This document shows positions 63,068 to 64,000 of a stretch of DNA of 64,000 nucleotides, piece by piece. The notes beneath the pieces are model-generated. The model was not told the DNA's origin. It ran no database searches and saw only the letters and a program-made list of their open reading frames with translations. How positions within the stretch are numbered: the stretch's first letter is position 1; each line of letters begins with the position of its first letter. Origin of the DNA: Limisphaerales bacterium. GTDB taxonomy: Bacteria > Verrucomicrobiota > Verrucomicrobiia > Limisphaerales > AAA164-E04. The DNA is taken from positions 2,515,371 to 2,579,370 of the forward strand of contig OZ245740.1 of NCBI GenBank assembly GCA_965227305.1, written 5' to 3'. Position numbers and translations under genes: made by a program.

Positions 63068-63970
63068 ATGGGCACCCTAACCTGCAACGAACTCGCCGAG
63101 CTGAAAGCGTCTCACTCAGACTTGCGAGTGATTGACGTCCGCCTGGCCTCGGTATACGCGGAACGGCATCTCCACGACGCCCTCAACAACTGCGTCTACG
63201 AGGTCGCATTTGGCGAACGCATGGCCCAGCTCGTCCCAGACAAGGACGAGCCGATCTGTGTCTATGGAGAAGCCGGGAGCCTCGAATCACAAACCGCGGC
63301 AGAGAAACTCGAACGGATGAGTTACACTCAGGTCTCCGTGCTAGAGGGAGGAATTGAATCGTGGATCGAAAAAGGACTACCGACTGAAATCCACGATTCC
63401 GCAGGGCCTGTGGAAACAGACACCTTCCCGCCAGAAGGAGAGCGCCCCATTCAAGTCGGAGCCAGTCAGGTGGAGTGGACGGGCAGAAACCTTGCTAGCA
63501 AACATTGGGGCACGCTCGGGCTCAGTTCCGGCTACCTGGAATTCCGAGAAGGCGAATTGGTGGGGGGTATGGCGGTCATCGACATGCACTCGATAAAAAA
63601 CCGCGACATCACGGATCCCGAGGCCAGAAAACTTTTGGAGGAACATCTTGCGAGCGACGATTTCTTCAACGTCACTCAGTATCCCGAGGCAATCATCTCC
63701 CTCTTCAATGTGATCCCGCTCGCAAACGTCCCCACGGGCACGCCCAATCTCCACATCAGTGCCCGACTCACCCTCAAAGGGGTCACGGAAACGATTGAGT
63801 TTCTCGCGACCGCAGGTATCGATGGCAAGGGCAATTGGACCGCACAAGCCAGTTTCGATTTCGACCGCACTCGGTTCAACGTGCTGTACGGCTCCGGCCG
63901 CTTCTTCAAGAAACTCGGTATGCACCTGGTCAATGACCTAATCAACCTCCAACTCAAGGTCGTTGCCTAG
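63068..63970 (+). CDS. Rhodanese-like domain fused to YceI-like domain
   Basis: The N-terminal ~100 aa are rhodanese-like (LRVIDVR...EPICVYGEAGSLESQTAAEKLERMSYTQVSVLEGGIESW). The C-terminal ~170 aa are YceI-like (VEWTGRNLASKHWGTL...DFFNVTQYPEAII...LTLKGVTETIEF...FDFDRTRFNV). Confidence 0.8.
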   Translation: MGTLTCNELAELKASHSDLRVIDVRLASVYAERHLHDALNNCVYEVAFGERMAQLVPDKDEPICVYGEAGSLESQTAAEKLERMSYTQVSVLEGGIESWIEKGLPTEIHDSAGPVETDTFPPEGERPIQVGASQVEWTGRNLASKHWGTLGLSSGYLEFREGELVGGMAVIDMHSIKNRDITDPEARKLLEEHLASDDFFNVTQYPEAIISLFNVIPLANVPTGTPNLHISARLTLKGVTETIEFLATAGIDGKGNWTAQASFDFDRTRFNVLYGSGRFFKKLGMHLVNDLINLQLKVVA

Positions 63971-64000
63971 TCGGATGGTAGGGCGAGCGTACCAGCGAGC
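63971..64000. repeat. MITE-like repeat, copy 5 (terminal repeat, truncated by window end)
   Basis: TCGGATGGTAGGGCGAGCGTACCAGCGAGC starts 1 nt after the stop of the rhodanese-YceI gene. It matches the family terminal repeat. Confidence 0.6.

Overview
This 64-kb chromosomal window has a gene repertoire typical of the PVC superphylum, most like Verrucomicrobiota. The markers are a prepilin-type H-X9-DG protein, a DUF1800/DUF1501 pair, a PEP-CTERM protein, a giant PA14-repeat protein, an ECF sigma factor coupled to a Ser/Thr kinase-WD40 protein, and Reg_prop/Y_Y_Y histidine kinases. I support about 40 protein genes. They include two paralogous HisKA_3 kinase/NarL-type regulator pairs, two ECF sigma modules, a BlaI/BlaR1-like pair, TetR and AraC regulators, three serine-hydrolase (beta-lactamase-fold) paralogs, SLC13 and Nramp transporters, an enolase-superfamily enzyme, SDRs, esterases and many secreted proteins of unknown function. 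I saw no rRNA, CRISPR array, transposase, integrase or phage genes. The most unusual locus is a 560-bp head-to-tail array of six tRNA(-like) genes at 35820-36377. Every member that folds into a cloverleaf carries G55 instead of the near-universal U55 and A18 instead of G18, which is a covarying swap of the elbow tertiary pair. Two further members of the array are structurally aberrant. Other points worth follow-up: two genes are interrupted by a single in-frame TGA, one followed by a SECIS-like hairpin and a U-x-C context. A ~200-bp MITE-like family with ~30-40-bp terminal inverted repeats occurs at five loci, and one terminal repeat carries a nested 115-bp insertion flanked by a GTAC duplication. 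Degenerate TTTGCAG heptamer arrays occur at three intergenic loci. A 2611-aa protein fuses seven PA14 modules to a DUF1800 domain, next to a DUF1501 gene. All calls come from reading the sequence and the supplied ORF translations. No database search or folding program was run.
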